Part shown: one piece after another, positions 23,449-33,664 of the stretch
Numbering within the stretch: the first letter of the stretch is position 1
How the letters are laid out: each line of letters opens with the position of its first letter
Assembly (NCBI GenBank): GCA_963767005.1
Contig: CAVYCN010000004.1
Coordinates: forward strand, 128,001 to 192,000
Length of the DNA stretch: 64,000 nucleotides
Direction: 5' to 3'
Origin: an uncultured Actinomycetes bacterium
GTDB taxonomy: Bacteria; Actinomycetota; Thermoleophilia; UBA2241
Notes under the pieces: generated by a model
Told to the model about the DNA's origin: nothing
Seen by the model: the letters and a program-made list of their open reading frames with translations, nothing else
The model's database searches: none
Translations under genes and position numbers: made by a program

Positions 23449-24528
23449 ATGGATCCGAGCAAGGTGCGCGAGGCGTTCGAGGGCGGCGCCGCCAAGGCGG
23501 CGCCGCGCTCCGGCGCCCCGCGGGTCGTGGCCCCCATCCTGCACGGTGACGTGCCGACCTTCGCCGAGGCGCCGCCCGCCCGCGTCGTCGCCGACCTGCA
23601 GGGGGCGGGCGCGGCTGTGCTGGGTATCCCCTTCGAGGGCATCGCGCGGCTCGACCCGGTCACCCTGGGTCCGCCCGGCTGCGCGGCGGCGCCGGACGGC
23701 TCGATCTACTACCGCAGTGGCGCCGACGCCGGCCCCGACGCCATCCGTCGGCACTCGATCTTCTACTCGCTGCGCCACGGGCGCGGCTACCTGCCCGAGG
23801 CCGACCCCGGCCTCGTCGTGCTCGACCACCTGCGGCTCGTCGACTACGGCGACGTAGCCGCCGTGCCGGGCGACGTCGCGGAGACGTTCCTGCGGGCGCA
23901 CGACAGGCTCGCCGACATCCTCGCCGCCGGCGCGGTGCCGATCGTGCTCGGCGGCGACCACTCAATCCCTATCCCGGTGCTGCAGGTGCTCGCCGGCAAG
24001 CTCAACGGCAAGCTCGGCATCGTCGTCTTCGACGCGCACTTCGACATGAGCTACGAGCCCAAGTACGAGGCCGGCTCGCAGTGGGCGCGGGCCTTCGAGC
24101 TGGGCGTGGTCGAGCCGGCCAACTTCGTGCAGATCGGGCTGCGCGGCGGCCGCGGCTCGCTGTCCGACCGCGTCGTCGCCGACGAGCTCGGCAGCCGCTA
24201 CTTCACGATGGCCGACGTCGACGAGCTCGGTATCGTCGCGGTGGCCCAGGAGGCGCTCGAGGCCGCGACGGCCGGCACCGAGGCGATGTACGTGTCGCTC
24301 GACGTCGACGCCGTCGATCCCGCCTACGGCGGTCAGAAGCACCCCGATCCGGGCGGCCTGTCGGCCCGCGAGCTGCTGCGCGCGCTGCGCCTGCTGTCGC
24401 GCGGGCCGGTCGCGGGCTTCGACGTCTGCGGCCTCGCCCCGCGCTACGACCTGCAGGGCCACCTCAGCCAGCTCGCCGCTCGGGCGGCGCTCGAGGTCGT
24501 CGCCGGCATCGCCGTCCAGCGCCCCTAG
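23449..24528 (+). CDS. Agmatinase/arginase-family ureohydrolase
   Basis: GGDHS, DAHFD and SLDVDAVDP metal-binding motifs. Confidence 0.88.
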   Translation: MDPSKVREAFEGGAAKAAPRSGAPRVVAPILHGDVPTFAEAPPARVVADLQGAGAAVLGIPFEGIARLDPVTLGPPGCAAAPDGSIYYRSGADAGPDAIRRHSIFYSLRHGRGYLPEADPGLVVLDHLRLVDYGDVAAVPGDVAETFLRAHDRLADILAAGAVPIVLGGDHSIPIPVLQVLAGKLNGKLGIVVFDAHFDMSYEPKYEAGSQWARAFELGVVEPANFVQIGLRGGRGSLSDRVVADELGSRYFTMADVDELGIVAVAQEALEAATAGTEAMYVSLDVDAVDPAYGGQKHPDPGGLSARELLRALRLLSRGPVAGFDVCGLAPRYDLQGHLSQLAARAALEVVAGIAVQRP

Positions 24529-24770
24529 CGGCCGCTGCGCCCCGTCGCCCGCCGAGGCGACGCCGGCGCGCTCCACAGGCCGTTTTCGTCGCCTCGCGCG
24601 GCGACGGTTTCGCACCCCTCGCTCAGGCTCTCCAGGAGCTCTCTCAGGCTCGCGCCGGGGGCTCTTTCGGGCCTTCGGGCGTTGCCACGTTGGCGACATA
24701 GACAGGCGTCCTATGTCACCCCCCCGGGGGGCTGGCGATGTCAGCTCCCGAAGGATCGAAAGGGGTCGAG

Positions 24771-24971
24771 ATGCAGACCATCGAGGGGAGGACGGCGATG
24801 ACGCGTAAGGAGAAGGCCGAGGTCGTCGATCGCATGCTCGACCGGTACCACCACCTCGGCACACTGCTCGTCGGCGACGACGAGAGCTTGTGCCGTCTGC
24901 TCACCACGCTCGAGATCGGGGCCGAGGACCGCGAGATCGGCGACTACCTCACGTCGTTTCTCGTCGTCTAG
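24771..24971 (+). CDS. Small hypothetical protein
   Basis: High-GC3 codons; RBS-like AAGGGG before ATG 24771 and GGGGAGGA before an alternative ATG at 24798. Confidence 0.55.
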   Translation: MQTIEGRTAMTRKEKAEVVDRMLDRYHHLGTLLVGDDESLCRLLTTLEIGAEDREIGDYLTSFLVV

Positions 24972-27900
24972 AAGGGCTCGCCTCTGAGGCGCGGCGTCCG
25001 GTCCGGGGGGGCCGTTCGTCGCGCCTCGCCGCAGCCGCGCCCGGTCGTGCCTCGCTCGCTTCCTCGGCAGCCGCGCCCGGTCGTGCCTCGCTCGCTTCCT
25101 CGGCAGCCGCGCCCGGTGAGAAGCGGGCCACCCGGTCGCGGCCCGCGCGCTTGGCCATGTGCATCGCCCAGCGCGCCTTGTCGATGAGCTCGTCCTTGCG
25201 GCTCGCGTCGGCCGGGTACGACGCGAGGCCGACGCTCACGGTGAGCGGTGTGTCCTGACCGGGCAGCAGCGGCGCGGCGGCGACCTCGCGACGCAGGCGC
25301 TCGGCCACCTCGATAGCGGCGTCGGCGTCGGTGTCGATCAGGATGACGGCGAACTCCTCGCCGCCGAACCGCGCGGCGAGGTCGATGTGCCTGATGCAAC
25401 CGTCGATCACGCGCGCGACGCCGCGCAGCGCGTCGTCGCCCAGGTGGTGGCCGTGGCGCTCGTTGAAGTCGGTGAAACGGTCGAGGCCGCAGAAGAGCAG
25501 CGACACCGGCCGCCCGGTGTCGCCGGCGCGGCCGGCCTCTTCGGCGAGGCGCTCGTGCAGGTAGCGGTGGTTGTACAGGCCGGTGAGGCCGTCGGTGATG
25601 GCGTCGAGCTCGGTGCGGTCGGGGCGCGTGACCGCCGCGGCGAACACCGACGCGAAGGCCTGGGCGACGTCGCTGCGCAGGCCGCGCAGCTCCAGGCCGC
25701 TCACGCCGGCCGGCGCGACGTCGACCTCGACCACCGCCACGATCCGGCCCTGGCCGTCCCTGACCCGGGCGAGCCCGCACACCCAGACGCCCCACTGGTC
25801 GATGTAGAGGACGTTCACGTCGGGCGAGTCGCCGGCGAGCGTCTCGACCAGCTCGTCGTCGGCGAAGATCGCGCTGCCGGCGGGGGAGTGCTGCGTCGGG
25901 TCCTCCTCGGCGTCGAGGATGATGGCGCACTTCCCCTCGTCGTCGCGGACGACGGTGGTGATGAAGCGCACGCCGGGGTGCTCGTCGCGCAGCGCGCGCA
26001 AGGCGGCGGTGAGACGCGCGTAGTCGGGCGCGCCCTCGTCCCTCGAGGCGGCGAGCGCGACGTGCGCGTCGGCGTCGAGCGCCGCGGCTGCTGCCGCGGC
26101 GATCTCGCGCGCCTGGGAGCGCTGATCCTGCAGCCGCGCCAGCACGCGCTTGAAGGCGTCGACCATCGCGGGGTCGAACTGCGAGCCGCTGCAGCGGTCG
26201 AGCTCGGCGAGGGCCTCGTGGTAGCGCAGCGCCTGACGGTAGGGGCGCCGGAACGACATGGCGTCGTAGGAGTCGGCCACGCACATGGCGCGCGCCACGA
26301 GGGGGATCGCCTCGCCCGCCAGACCGTCGGGGTAGCCCGAGCCGTCCCAGTGCTCGTGGTGGTGGCGCACGCCGAGCACGAGCTCGTCGGTAAAGAGCGG
26401 ACGCAGGATATCGGCCGAGAAGATGGGGTGCTGCCGCATGAGCGTCCACTCGTGCGGGTTGAGGCCGCTCGGCTTGAGCAGCACGCGGTCGGGCACGCCG
26501 ATCTTGCCGATGTCGTGCAGGTAGGCGGTCTCCTCGACCTGACGGGTGGTCTCCTCGGACCAGCCCAGCTCGTGCCCCAGGAGCACCGTGTAGGCGCCCA
26601 CGCGCGCCGCATGCCCGAGGGTGTAGTAGTCCTTGGCGTTCAGGGCCGACGTCAGGGCCTTGAGGTTGCCGATGTGCAGGAGCTTGATCTCATCGTAGAG
26701 CCGGGCGTTGTTGATGGCGAGCGACAGGTGGGTGCCCACCCGTTCGAGCAGGTGACGGTCGACGCCGGCGAAGACGCGTTCGTCCGGACCCGAGAGCGAC
26801 AGCACGCCGATGAGGCGGTCGTCGCGCAGCAGCGCGATGCTCGCCCCGGCGCGCGGGCCGTCGGCCGACGGCAGCAGCGGCATCGTGCCGGTGGCGTGGA
26901 TCGCGACGCGCTCGCGGCGGATCGCCGCGAGCGCGTCGCGATCGCGCGGCGAGGCGTCGCGCGACCCGAGTCGCTCTGCCGGGTCGGACGAGTAGATGAG
27001 GTCGAGGTCGTGGTCGTCGCCGGCGAGCGCGAGGTCGGCGCGCTCGAAAGCGATGAGCGGCCGCAGCTCGTCGACGGTGGCCGCGGCGATCTCGGTGAGC
27101 TCGAGGCTCGAAGCGGTCCGGCGGGCGATGGCGTTCAGCAGCTCGGTCTCGCGCCGGCGCAGCTGCACAGCCTCGAAGAGGTTGGCGTTGTCGATGGCGA
27201 GGGCCGCCGCCCGGCAGACCGCCTCGGCGGTGGCCACCGTGCCCGCCGAGAAGCTCCGGGCGCGGGGGTCGAGCAGGTCGACGACCCCGATGACGCGGTC
27301 CTTGGCGACGAGCGGCACGAGGAGCTCGGCCTGATAGCCGTACGTCCGCAGCTCGGCGATCTCGATGGGCCCGCGGCGCGGGTCGTCGAGCGAGGTGAGC
27401 TGCACCGTCTCGCGACGCGACACCGCCAGCGCGACGGCGGGCCAGTCGGTCAGCGCGTGCGTGCTGCCGATCCACGCGGCGACCGGCTCGCCGCGCTTGA
27501 CGCTCGCCGCGCAGACGAGCTCGTCGCCCGAGACGAGGTGGATGTCGCACGACGGCACGGTGGTCACCTCGCAGAGTCGATCGGCCGTCGACTGGAGGAT
27601 GTCGGGCAGCTCGAGCGTCGCCGAGAGGCGCAGGCTCGCGTCCGACACCAGGGCGAGCCGCCGGCTGCTCTCGTCGAGCTGCCGGTAGAGGATCGCGTTG
27701 ACCATGGCCTGGGCGGCGATCTGGGCGAGGCCGTGCAGGAGCCGCACCTGGGCGAAGTCGCGGGCCTGGCGGTCGTAGAGGGCGACCAGGCCGACGACGT
27801 CCCCCCGGGCGATGAGCGGCAGGTAGATGCTCGCGCGGTGTCCGGCGGCCAGGGCCCGGGCGCGTTCCTCGGGCCCGAGGTCGGGGTCGACACTGACGTC

Positions 27901-29442
27901 GCGCATGGCGACGGGCTCGCGCAGGCGCACGACGCGGGCGGCGGCGCTGTCGGCGGCGAGCGGCCGGCGTTCTCCGCTCCGCTCCTCGCAGGCGTGCTCG
28001 CGGCCCATGCAGATGTGGACCATGAGCTCGTCGCCTTCGAGGCCCGTGATCTCGCACTCGTCGGCGCCGGTCAGGTCCCTCATGCGCGACGCGGCCGAGC
28101 TCAGCACCTCGTCGAGCTCGAGCGACGCGCCGAACTCGAGGCCCGAGTCGACGAGCTCGCGCAGCTCGCGGTTGCTCTGCTCCACGGCGTCGAGCAGGCG
28201 CGCCTTGCCGAGCGCGGCCGCCAGGAGCTGGCCCACGGTCTGCAGGAAGTCGCTGTACTGCGTGTAGTCGTTGGGCTCGTCGTCGTAGATGTCGAGCAGC
28301 CCATAGACGACGCCGTCGACCACGAGCGGCAGCGACAGGTTGCTGCGAAAGCCCCACTGCTCGAAGATGTCGCGCTCGTCGGGGTCGATCGCGGGGTCGT
28401 CGGGGGAGGCGATGATGCGGATCCGCTGCGACTCGATCGCCTCTTTGGCGCCGACGAAGCTGTCGAGCCGCAGGCTGTGGCCCACCGCCTCGTCGTCGAA
28501 GCCGTTCCGGTCGTAGCTGACCCGCGACAGCAGGCGGTCCCCTTCGAGCGTGAACACGTCGCAGTCGGCGACGTCGAGCACCTCGACCAGGCGCCGCGCG
28601 GCGGCGCGCAGGAGCGCGGTCAGGTCGTCGGCGCGGGTCACGAGCGCGCCGAACTCGACGAGCTCGTGCAGGATGACGTTGCGCTGGCGGACCTCGTCGA
28701 ACAGGACGGCCGTATCGAGCGCCCGCCCGGCCACGTGCGCGAGGCCCTCGATCAGCTCGAGGTGCTCGTGGAAGTCGCGTGGTACGTAGTCGGACAGCTC
28801 GAGGATGCCGATCACGGCGTCGCGCGCGACCAGCGGGGCGCTGAGCTGGGACTGGTAGCCCCATTTCTCGAGCGACGCCCGGCCGCCGGCCGTGAGCACC
28901 GGGTCGTCGAGGCTCGCGGCCAGGGCGATCCTGCGCGTTTCGACGGCGAGGGCGGTGCACGGAAAGTCGCGCACATCCAGGGTCGTGCCCTCCCACGAGC
29001 CGTCGAAGGCGCCGTGATCGTAGCTGACGAGGGCACGGATGCGTTCCCCTTCGACCGCGTAGATGTCGGCGACCGGCGTGTGGGTCAGGCGGGCCAGACG
29101 GCGGGCGACGCGCTCGAGGACGTCGCGCGTCGACAGCCGAGCCACGTCCTCGCCGGCCTCGACGATGAGCTCGAGATCGTGGTTGCGGGCCTGCAGAGCG
29201 GCGACGGTCGACGCCTCGGCGCCGTCGCTCGCGGCGGGTCGGGCGCGCTCGCCGGTCTCACGCAGGAGCGCCTCGATGTCGACTCGTCGAAAGCGGCGGT
29301 GGCCGCCGGCGCTGCGGTAGCAGACGACCCTGCCGGCGTCGCTCCAGCGCCGTAGCGTGTTGATGCTGACCCCGAGCAGCTCGGCCGCTGGACCGAGCCG
29401 CAGCCAGCGCCGTTCGGTCGTCGGCGTCGAAGCGCTCCCCAT
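24949..29442 (-). CDS. Cytoplasmic c-di-GMP signalling protein: HTH - 5x GAF - HD-GYP - Cache-like - GGDEF
   Basis: AAELLGVSINTLRRW...GGHRRF; five GAF repeats ending A..NA.L(Y/F)-like; HDIGK and HHEHWDGSGYP; RHIDLAARFGGEEF. Confidence 0.88.
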   Translation of the reverse strand: MGSASTPTTERRWLRLGPAAELLGVSINTLRRWSDAGRVVCYRSAGGHRRFRRVDIEALLRETGERARPAASDGAEASTVAALQARNHDLELIVEAGEDVARLSTRDVLERVARRLARLTHTPVADIYAVEGERIRALVSYDHGAFDGSWEGTTLDVRDFPCTALAVETRRIALAASLDDPVLTAGGRASLEKWGYQSQLSAPLVARDAVIGILELSDYVPRDFHEHLELIEGLAHVAGRALDTAVLFDEVRQRNVILHELVEFGALVTRADDLTALLRAAARRLVEVLDVADCDVFTLEGDRLLSRVSYDRNGFDDEAVGHSLRLDSFVGAKEAIESQRIRIIASPDDPAIDPDERDIFEQWGFRSNLSLPLVVDGVVYGLLDIYDDEPNDYTQYSDFLQTVGQLLAAALGKARLLDAVEQSNRELRELVDSGLEFGASLELDEVLSSAASRMRDLTGADECEITGLEGDELMVHICMGREHACEERSGERRPLAADSAAARVVRLREPVAMRDVSVDPDLGPEERARALAAGHRASIYLPLIARGDVVGLVALYDRQARDFAQVRLLHGLAQIAAQAMVNAILYRQLDESSRRLALVSDASLRLSATLELPDILQSTADRLCEVTTVPSCDIHLVSGDELVCAASVKRGEPVAAWIGSTHALTDWPAVALAVSRRETVQLTSLDDPRRGPIEIAELRTYGYQAELLVPLVAKDRVIGVVDLLDPRARSFSAGTVATAEAVCRAAALAIDNANLFEAVQLRRRETELLNAIARRTASSLELTEIAAATVDELRPLIAFERADLALAGDDHDLDLIYSSDPAERLGSRDASPRDRDALAAIRRERVAIHATGTMPLLPSADGPRAGASIALLRDDRLIGVLSLSGPDERVFAGVDRHLLERVGTHLSLAINNARLYDEIKLLHIGNLKALTSALNAKDYYTLGHAARVGAYTVLLGHELGWSEETTRQVEETAYLHDIGKIGVPDRVLLKPSGLNPHEWTLMRQHPIFSADILRPLFTDELVLGVRHHHEHWDGSGYPDGLAGEAIPLVARAMCVADSYDAMSFRRPYRQALRYHEALAELDRCSGSQFDPAMVDAFKRVLARLQDQRSQAREIAAAAAAALDADAHVALAASRDEGAPDYARLTAALRALRDEHPGVRFITTVVRDDEGKCAIILDAEEDPTQHSPAGSAIFADDELVETLAGDSPDVNVLYIDQWGVWVCGLARVRDGQGRIVAVVEVDVAPAGVSGLELRGLRSDVAQAFASVFAAAVTRPDRTELDAITDGLTGLYNHRYLHERLAEEAGRAGDTGRPVSLLFCGLDRFTDFNERHGHHLGDDALRGVARVIDGCIRHIDLAARFGGEEFAVILIDTDADAAIEVAERLRREVAAAPLLPGQDTPLTVSVGLASYPADASRKDELIDKARWAMHMAKRAGRDRVARFSPGAAAEEASEARPGAAAEEASEARPGAAAARRDERPPRTGRRASEASPSRRRETT
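25031..25117. repeat. 36-bp tandem repeat, about 2.4 copies
   Basis: GCAGCCGCGCCCGGTCGTGCCTCGCTCGCTTCCTCG at 25031 and 25067, partial copy at 25103. Confidence 0.9.
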
Positions 29443-29667
29443 TGCACCTGTCCTCGTCGGCTCTTCGCCTGAAAACTTGACTAATTCTACACAGGGAGCC
29501 GGCGAAGGCACGCCCGATACGGGCCAAGGGGCATCACGGCGGACACCGCACGCTCACGCACCCCGACGGTGTGTCTTACGGAGCCACGACGAGCCCGCGC
29601 GCGCCGAGCTTGCGCGGACCGTGCACGACGAGCGCGCGCCGAGTCCCGCCCGCCGGGCCCCGTGCCG

Positions 29668-30741
29668 CTACCGGACCGCGGCGCGCGGCGTGGCGTCGAT
29701 CAGACGCGCGATGTCGTGGAAGACGGCCCCGGCCGGGCTCGAGGGATCGAGCGCCGGCGGCGCGCCGGCGTCGCCCGCGCTGCGGGTGCTCTCGTCGAGG
29801 GGGATGCGGCCGAGCAGCCTCGCGCCGGTGGCGCGCGCGATCTCCGAGGCGCCGCCCTGGCCGAAGATGTAATGCTTGGCGCCGCACGACGGACAGATGA
29901 AGTACGCCATGTTCTCGACGACCCCGATGACGCGGTGCCCGGTGAGGCCGGCCATCTTCGCGGCCTTGGCGGCGATCTTGGCGGCCGCCTCCTGGGGCGT
30001 GGTCACGACGACGATCTCCGCGGCGGGCAGCATCTGGGCGACGGTGAGAGCGATGTCGCCGGTCCCGGGCGGGAGGTCGATCAGCAGGTAGTCGGGACTG
30101 CCCCATAGCACGTCGCCGAGGAACTGCTCCATCGCGCGGCCGAGCATGGGTCCGCGCCAGACGACCGGCTCGTCGTCCTGCAGGAAGAAGCCCATCGAGA
30201 CGAGCGACACGCCGTGGCGCTCGGGCGGCACGAGCTTGCCGTCGTGCGACTCCGGCGCCACGTGCGCCATGCCGAACATGAGGGGGATGGTGGGGCCGTA
30301 GACGTCGGCGTCGATCAGGCCCACGGCGTGGCCGTGCATGGCCAGGGCGACGGCGATGTTCGCCGTGACGGTCGACTTGCCGACGCCGCCCTTGCCGCTC
30401 GCGATGGCGATCACGCGCGTCGCCGAGCCCGGACCGAACGGTGTCCTGGGCGCCTCGGGGCCTGCCTGCAGACCGGCCGCCAGGCGCTCGCACTCCTCAG
30501 GGGACATCGCGTCCATGACGACCTCGACGCGACGCGGGCCGGCGACCGCCGCGAGGGCCTGCTCCGCCTCGCCCTGGATGCGCCCCTTGAGGGGGCAGGC
30601 CGCGGTCGTGAGCACCAGGCGGACGGCGAGCACGTCGTCGGCGATTTCGATGTCACGCACCATGCCGAGCTCCACCACACTGCGGCGCAGCTCGGGGTCC
30701 TGCACGGTGGAGAGGGCGGTGAGGACGTCGTCGTTGTTCAC
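29668..30741 (-). CDS. mrp: Mrp/NBP35 Fe-S cluster carrier ATPase
   Basis: VQDPEL...TTAACP, ASGKGGVGKST, DADVYGP, DLPPGTGD, VENMAYFICPSC. Confidence 0.92.
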   Translation of the reverse strand: MNNDDVLTALSTVQDPELRRSVVELGMVRDIEIADDVLAVRLVLTTAACPLKGRIQGEAEQALAAVAGPRRVEVVMDAMSPEECERLAAGLQAGPEAPRTPFGPGSATRVIAIASGKGGVGKSTVTANIAVALAMHGHAVGLIDADVYGPTIPLMFGMAHVAPESHDGKLVPPERHGVSLVSMGFFLQDDEPVVWRGPMLGRAMEQFLGDVLWGSPDYLLIDLPPGTGDIALTVAQMLPAAEIVVVTTPQEAAAKIAAKAAKMAGLTGHRVIGVVENMAYFICPSCGAKHYIFGQGGASEIARATGARLLGRIPLDESTRSAGDAGAPPALDPSSPAGAVFHDIARLIDATPRAAVR

Positions 30742-31027
30742 ATGCGCTCCCGGGACGAGGGTGGGCACGAGTCGGCCGTGCGAGTCTAGCCCGCGACGCC
30801 ACGACGCGGCAACGTGGGCGGCGGCGGCGCTGCGGTGTGGCGACGGGCGCTCGGCGGCCGCGGCTCGCCGTGTACTTACCACTCTAGCGAGCGGGGCAAG
30901 CCTCGGAAACCCCCACGTCCGTTGGCGCGAAGGTGGCTGCATCAGTCGGCAGGGCGCAAGCCCTGCGCGACCCGCGACGCAGAGGTGAAGAGGCGGCACG
31001 CGGGCGGGGGACGGAGGACAGCGACGC

Positions 31028-31043
31028 CGTTTCACGTGAAACA
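31028..31043. promoter_or_regulatory. parS centromere-like site
   Basis: CGTTTCACGTGAAACA matches the consensus tGTTTCACGTGAAACa; parAB is in the window. Confidence 0.9.
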
Positions 31044-31120
31044 GCGCTGTCCGTGAGCGGCAACATGATCGCACGAAGCGTGCGCCGTCTCGGGCCGGAG
31101 GGCCGGGCCGGGCCGGCGCC

Positions 31121-31161
31121 AAAAGAGAAGGGGCGAGCCGCGGCGCGGCTCGCCCCTTCTC
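31121..31161 (-). terminator. Rho-independent terminator of the lysine-fermentation operon
   Basis: 17-bp perfect stem GAGAAGGGGCGAGCCGC/GCGGCTCGCCCCTTCTC followed by TTTT on the minus strand. Confidence 0.8.
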
Positions 31162-31185
31162 GGGACCTGCGAGTGCGAGCGCGGC

Positions 31186-32271
31186 TTACGCCAGGTCGCT
31201 CGCCTTCATGTTGACGGGCTCCGGGTTGCCGGCGCCGGTCGCGTAGGTGGCCTTGAAGATGTCCATGAGCATGGGGCTCTCGCGCACGACCTCGAGCGAG
31301 ATCACGGCGTGGTCCTTGGTGTAGCCGTTGCCGATGATCATCGTCGTGTCGGCGCCGATGCCCTCGGCGCCGAGGGCGGCCGACGTGAAGCTCGTCGCCA
31401 TCGAGAAGAAGTACACCAGGCCGTCGTCCTTGGTCGCGAGGATCGACGCCATCTCGGTGTTGGGGATGTCGACGCAGTTGATCGTGAGATCGGCCATCTC
31501 GCCGTTCGTCGCCTTGCTGACCTCGTTGTAGACGAAGAGCTGGTCGGTGGCCGAGCCCTGGATCACGACGTCGGCGAAGCCCGACTTCTCGAGGCGTTTC
31601 TTACCGGCGTCGCCGTGTACCAGGCAGATGACCTTGCCGGTCGGCTTGACGCGCTTCTTGGCCTCGTAGGCGCACAGCAGGCCGCTCTTGCCGCCGGCGC
31701 CGATGATGAACACGGTCTGGCCGGGCTTGCTCAGCTTGGCCGCCTGCGCGGGTGCGCCGGCGACGTCGAGGATGGCGAGCGCCAGCGCCTCGTCCATGTC
31801 CTTCGGGATCTTCGAGTAGATGCCGGTCTCGAAGAGGATCGCCTGGGCCTTGACCTTGACCTGGCAGGTGTCCTTGTTGACCGAGATGACCTCGTCGACC
31901 TTGAGCGGGGTGAGCGACAGCGACACCAGCGTGGCGATGCGATCGCCGACCTTGAGGTCGCGGTCCTTGAGCTTGGGGCCGATCTCCTTGACAGTGCCCA
32001 GCAGCATGCCGCCTGAGCCGGTGTCGGGGTTGTGGTGCTTGCCGCGCTTGGCGATGATGCCGAGGCTGTGGGCCGCCATCTTCTTGACGTCGCCGCCCTC
32101 GGCCTCTTCGATCTGCGTGAAGCTGGCCGCGTCGATGTTGAGCGTATCGACCTCGATCAGGATCTCGTTGTCGTAGATCTCCATCGTGTTGTCGATCTTC
32201 CACGCCGGCTGCGGCAGGACGCCCTTCGGCTCTATGACGCGGTGCGCCCCGAACTTATTGCCCTCTTTCAC
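31186..32271 (-). CDS. kdd: L-erythro-3,5-diaminohexanoate dehydrogenase
   Basis: HRVIEPKGVLPQPAWK, LNIDAASF, TGSGGML, LVSLSLTPL, GNGY; GAGGGAG RBS before GTG 32271. Confidence 0.93.
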   Translation of the reverse strand: MKEGNKFGAHRVIEPKGVLPQPAWKIDNTMEIYDNEILIEVDTLNIDAASFTQIEEAEGGDVKKMAAHSLGIIAKRGKHHNPDTGSGGMLLGTVKEIGPKLKDRDLKVGDRIATLVSLSLTPLKVDEVISVNKDTCQVKVKAQAILFETGIYSKIPKDMDEALALAILDVAGAPAQAAKLSKPGQTVFIIGAGGKSGLLCAYEAKKRVKPTGKVICLVHGDAGKKRLEKSGFADVVIQGSATDQLFVYNEVSKATNGEMADLTINCVDIPNTEMASILATKDDGLVYFFSMATSFTSAALGAEGIGADTTMIIGNGYTKDHAVISLEVVRESPMLMDIFKATYATGAGNPEPVNMKASDLA

Positions 32272-32374
32272 GTCTCCCTCGCTTTGGTCGCTTCCTTGCT
32301 GGTCCTTGTCGACCTCCTCGGCGGCTTCGTCGCCCGAGGAGGTCCGAACTACCGTGGTGCCGTGGCCGCGGCCG

Positions 32375-33571
32375 TCAGGCCTCGAGCCTGATGACGCTGC
32401 CGGCGCCCTGGCCGCCACCCACGCACGCGCCCGTCAGGCCGATCTCCTGGCCGCGCTTCTTGAGCTCGTGGATGAGGGTCACGATCATGCGCGTGCCCGT
32501 GTTACCGAGTGGATGGCCGAGCGCCACCGCGCCGCCGTTCACGTTGACGATGTCGATGTCGAGGCCGAGCTCGCGGGTGGCGAGCGCCGCCACGCAGGCG
32601 AATGCCTCGTTCAGCTCGGCGAGCTGCACGTCCTTGCTGGTGAGGCCGGCCTTCTCGAGCGCCTTCTGAGCGGCCACCGTCTCGCCGTAGCCCATGATGG
32701 CCGGCTCGACCGCGGCGGTCGCGTAGCTCACGAGCTGCGCCACGGGCTTGGCGCCCAGCTCGGCGGCCTTCTTGCGCGAGGTCACGACCAGGGCGCTCGC
32801 GCCGTCGGCGATCGCCGAGGCGTTGCCCGCGGTCACGACGCCGCCGTCCTTCTTGAACACCGGCTTGAGGCCGGCAAGCGCCTCGGGTGTGGTCTCGCGC
32901 GGGCACTCGTCGGTGTCGACGATCTTCGGGTCGCCCTTACGCTGCGGGATCTGGACGGCGACGATCTCGTCTGTGAACCGGCCGCCCTTGATCGCGGCGG
33001 TCGCGTTCAACTGGCTACGATAGGCGACGTCGTTCTGGACGCCCTTGCTGATGTCGAAGCGCTCGCTCAGGTTCTCGGCCGTCAGGCCCATGTGGTAGCC
33101 GCCGATCGCGCACCACAGCCCGTCGAGCACCATGGCGTCGTAGATCTGGTCGGACGGCATGCCCATGCGGTAGCCGCTGCGGCCGTTCTGCAGCAGCCAC
33201 GGCGCCCGCGTCATGTTCTCGGTGCCGCCCACGAGGTAGGCCTCGCCGTCGCCGGCCTTGATGGCCGCCGCAGCCATTGCGAGGGCCGAGGCGCTCGAAA
33301 CGCACACGCGGTTGACGGTGATCGCCGGCACGTCGTCGGGGATCCCGGCCTTGAGCTCGGCCTGGCGAGCCGTGTTCTGGCCGAGCCCGGCCTGGATCAC
33401 GTTGCCGAAGATGACCTCGTCGAGCTGGTCGCCGCTCACGCCGGCCCGGCCGAGCGCCTCTTTCATGACGATCGCGCCGAGGTCGACGGCGGCGGTGCCG
33501 GCGAAGCCGCCCTGGAACCGGCCCTGAGCCGTCCGCACTGCGGACAGGATGACGATGTCGTTGTCTGCCAC
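32375..33571 (-). CDS. Acetyl-CoA C-acetyltransferase (thiolase)
   Basis: NRVC, NEAF, GHPLG and CVGGGQG motifs. Confidence 0.93.
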   Translation of the reverse strand: MADNDIVILSAVRTAQGRFQGGFAGTAAVDLGAIVMKEALGRAGVSGDQLDEVIFGNVIQAGLGQNTARQAELKAGIPDDVPAITVNRVCVSSASALAMAAAAIKAGDGEAYLVGGTENMTRAPWLLQNGRSGYRMGMPSDQIYDAMVLDGLWCAIGGYHMGLTAENLSERFDISKGVQNDVAYRSQLNATAAIKGGRFTDEIVAVQIPQRKGDPKIVDTDECPRETTPEALAGLKPVFKKDGGVVTAGNASAIADGASALVVTSRKKAAELGAKPVAQLVSYATAAVEPAIMGYGETVAAQKALEKAGLTSKDVQLAELNEAFACVAALATRELGLDIDIVNVNGGAVALGHPLGNTGTRMIVTLIHELKKRGQEIGLTGACVGGGQGAGSVIRLEA

Positions 33572-33664
33572 TACTGCCTCCTGAGATACCGGGTGCGCCC
33601 CTGCGGGTTCTGTCGCGGCTCGTCCGCGCCCTCGGGTCGCCTGATTGCAATCATGGACAACCTA

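Noticed and set aside
24745-24800. Possible tRNA-Pyl (GGATCGAA resembles its D-arm)
   Set aside because: There is no CUA anticodon arm or acceptor stem; I found no pylT in the window by eye.
25159-29355. Very long antisense or alternate-frame ORFs (e.g. 1398 aa here, 1309-3330, and the upstream parts of 47431-51471 and 33665-36421)
   Set aside because: These are shadow ORFs expected in high-GC DNA; they have low-complexity Arg/Ala/Gly-rich translations and overlap well-supported genes.
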